The position numbers and the translations under genes were made by a program. The notes beneath the pieces were generated by a model. The model ran no database searches, had not been told where the DNA came from, and saw only the letters and a program-made list of their open reading frames with translations. A stretch of 64,000 bases of DNA, from contig MCFE01000271.1 of assembly GCA_002104905.1 (NCBI GenBank), positions 42,169-106,168 on the forward strand, given 5' to 3'. The stretch comes from Basidiobolus meristosporus CBS 931.73 (taxonomy: Eukaryota > Fungi > Basidiobolomycota). Positions 62,988 to 64,000 of the stretch are shown piece after piece; position 1 is the stretch's first letter; every line of letters begins with the position of its first letter.

Positions 62988-63777
62988 AAAGTAGAGGGGG
63001 GGAGACAGTCACCAACAGGTGAAATCTTTATTTCAGCTGAAACAAAGAAGCCAGCACTACTGTTGTAGCTTTGATACAAGAGTGTGTAGCTGAGGGGAAT
63101 TTGTAGGTAAGTTAATAAGAAGTGATGATAGTTCTTCAGTGCTCAAGACACTGTTCAGTGGGAAGGGGGGTAGCAAGAGAGGTAAGAATGACTTGTGAAC
63201 AACATTAATGAGGGGAATTTAGGGGGGGGGGGAGACAGTCACCAACAGGTGAAATCTTTATTTCAGTTGAAACAAAGAAGCCAGCGCTACTGTTGTAGCT
63301 TTGATACAAGAGTGTGTAGCTGAGGGGAATTTGTAGGTAAGTTAATAAGAAGTGATGATAGTTCTTCAGTGCTAAACACACTTAGGGGGAGACAGTCACC
63401 AACAGGTGAAATCTTTATTTCAGTTGAAACAAAGAAGCCAGCGCTACTGTTGTAGCTTTGATACAAGAGTGTGGAGCTGAGGGGAATTTGTAGGTAAGTT
63501 AATAAGAAGTGATGATAGTTCTTCAGTGCTCAAGACACTGTTCAGTGGGAGGGGGGGTAGCAAGAGAGGTAAGAATGACTTGTGAACAACATTAATGAGG
63601 GGAATGTGATAAGGATTGATATTCATCATAAAGGGAGTGTGCTGCTGCAGATATTGCTGCCAAAGGTCTGTCAAGTACTTCAGGTAGGCCAGCTTGGGTT
63701 TTTCTGACTGCAGAATATAGTGAGCAAACTTCTTGACTTCAGGATCTCCAAGTATAGTTCTCCAGCAGGAGTCAGGT

Positions 63778-64000
63778 GGGTTAGGGTTAGGGTTAGGGTT
63801 AGGGTTAGGGTTAGGGTTAGGTTAGGGTTAGGGTTAGGGTTAGGGTTAGGGTTAGGGTTAGGGTTAGGGTTAGGGTTAGGGTTAGGGTTAGGGTTAGGGT
63901 TAGGGTTAGGGTTAGGGTTAGGGTTAGGGTTAGGGTTAGGGTTAGGGTTAGGGTTAGGGTTAGGGTTAGGGTTAGGGTTAGGGTTAGGGTTAGGGTTAGG
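63778..64000 (+). repeat. Telomeric repeat (TTAGGG)n, right chromosome end
   Basis: About 37 tandem TTAGGG units running to the window end, with one TTAGG variant at 63817-63821. Confidence 0.99.

Larger units (their letters stand above)
58778..63778 (-). mobile_element. Telomere-associated head-to-tail array of nine 5'-truncated non-LTR retroelement copies
   Basis: The + strand motif Gn-N(5-8)-CACC-loop-GGT(G/T)AAATCTTTATTT recurs at ~58778, 58931, 59498, 59767, 60110, 60342, 62996, 63219 and 63382. Each is followed by a variable length of element sequence, and most are preceded by TTAGGG-like remnants. Confidence 0.88.

Noticed and set aside
58778-63778. Interpretation as a Penelope-like Athena/Coprina element, telomerase, or CRISPR-like array
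   Set aside because: The RT motifs (YRPISLL, QGSVLGP, FADD) and the upstream SDH are LINE-like, and the units are nested 3' fragments of variable length rather than repeat-spacer units. The final clade call needs a phylogeny.

Overview
Terminal 64 kb of a eukaryotic chromosome arm, ending in a (TTAGGG)n telomere on the + strand. Short (about 55-65 nt) GT-AG introns and the gene set indicate a fungus, probably an early-diverging lineage (inference). Supported genes are an M20 peptidase, a Pho85-type cyclin, two near-identical intronless plasma-membrane H+-ATPases arranged as a 3004-bp inverted repeat, a coiled-coil protein, a bacterial-type GH46 chitosanase, a GPCR-like 7TM protein, ARF6, a phytol/dolichol-kinase-like protein, two paralogous Ser/Thr kinases, a Cys-glutathione peroxidase and a mitochondrial calcium uniporter. 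Mobile DNA includes a decayed Ty3/Gypsy element with a nested insertion and five copies of a ~350-bp solo LTR. The most striking region is the last ~5 kb. It is a head-to-tail array of nine 5'-truncated copies of a non-LTR retroelement, all with their 5' ends facing the telomere. Each copy joins the previous one through a variable G-run, mostly with 1-2 TTAGGG-like repeats, and all share a 3' stem-loop signal. One copy carries an RT ORF of about 740 aa that is open once a solo LTR is removed, and I found no CpG in it. This looks like a telomere-extending or telomere-targeting LINE system coexisting with TTAGGG repeats. All analysis was done by eye and boundaries marked approximate need computational confirmation.
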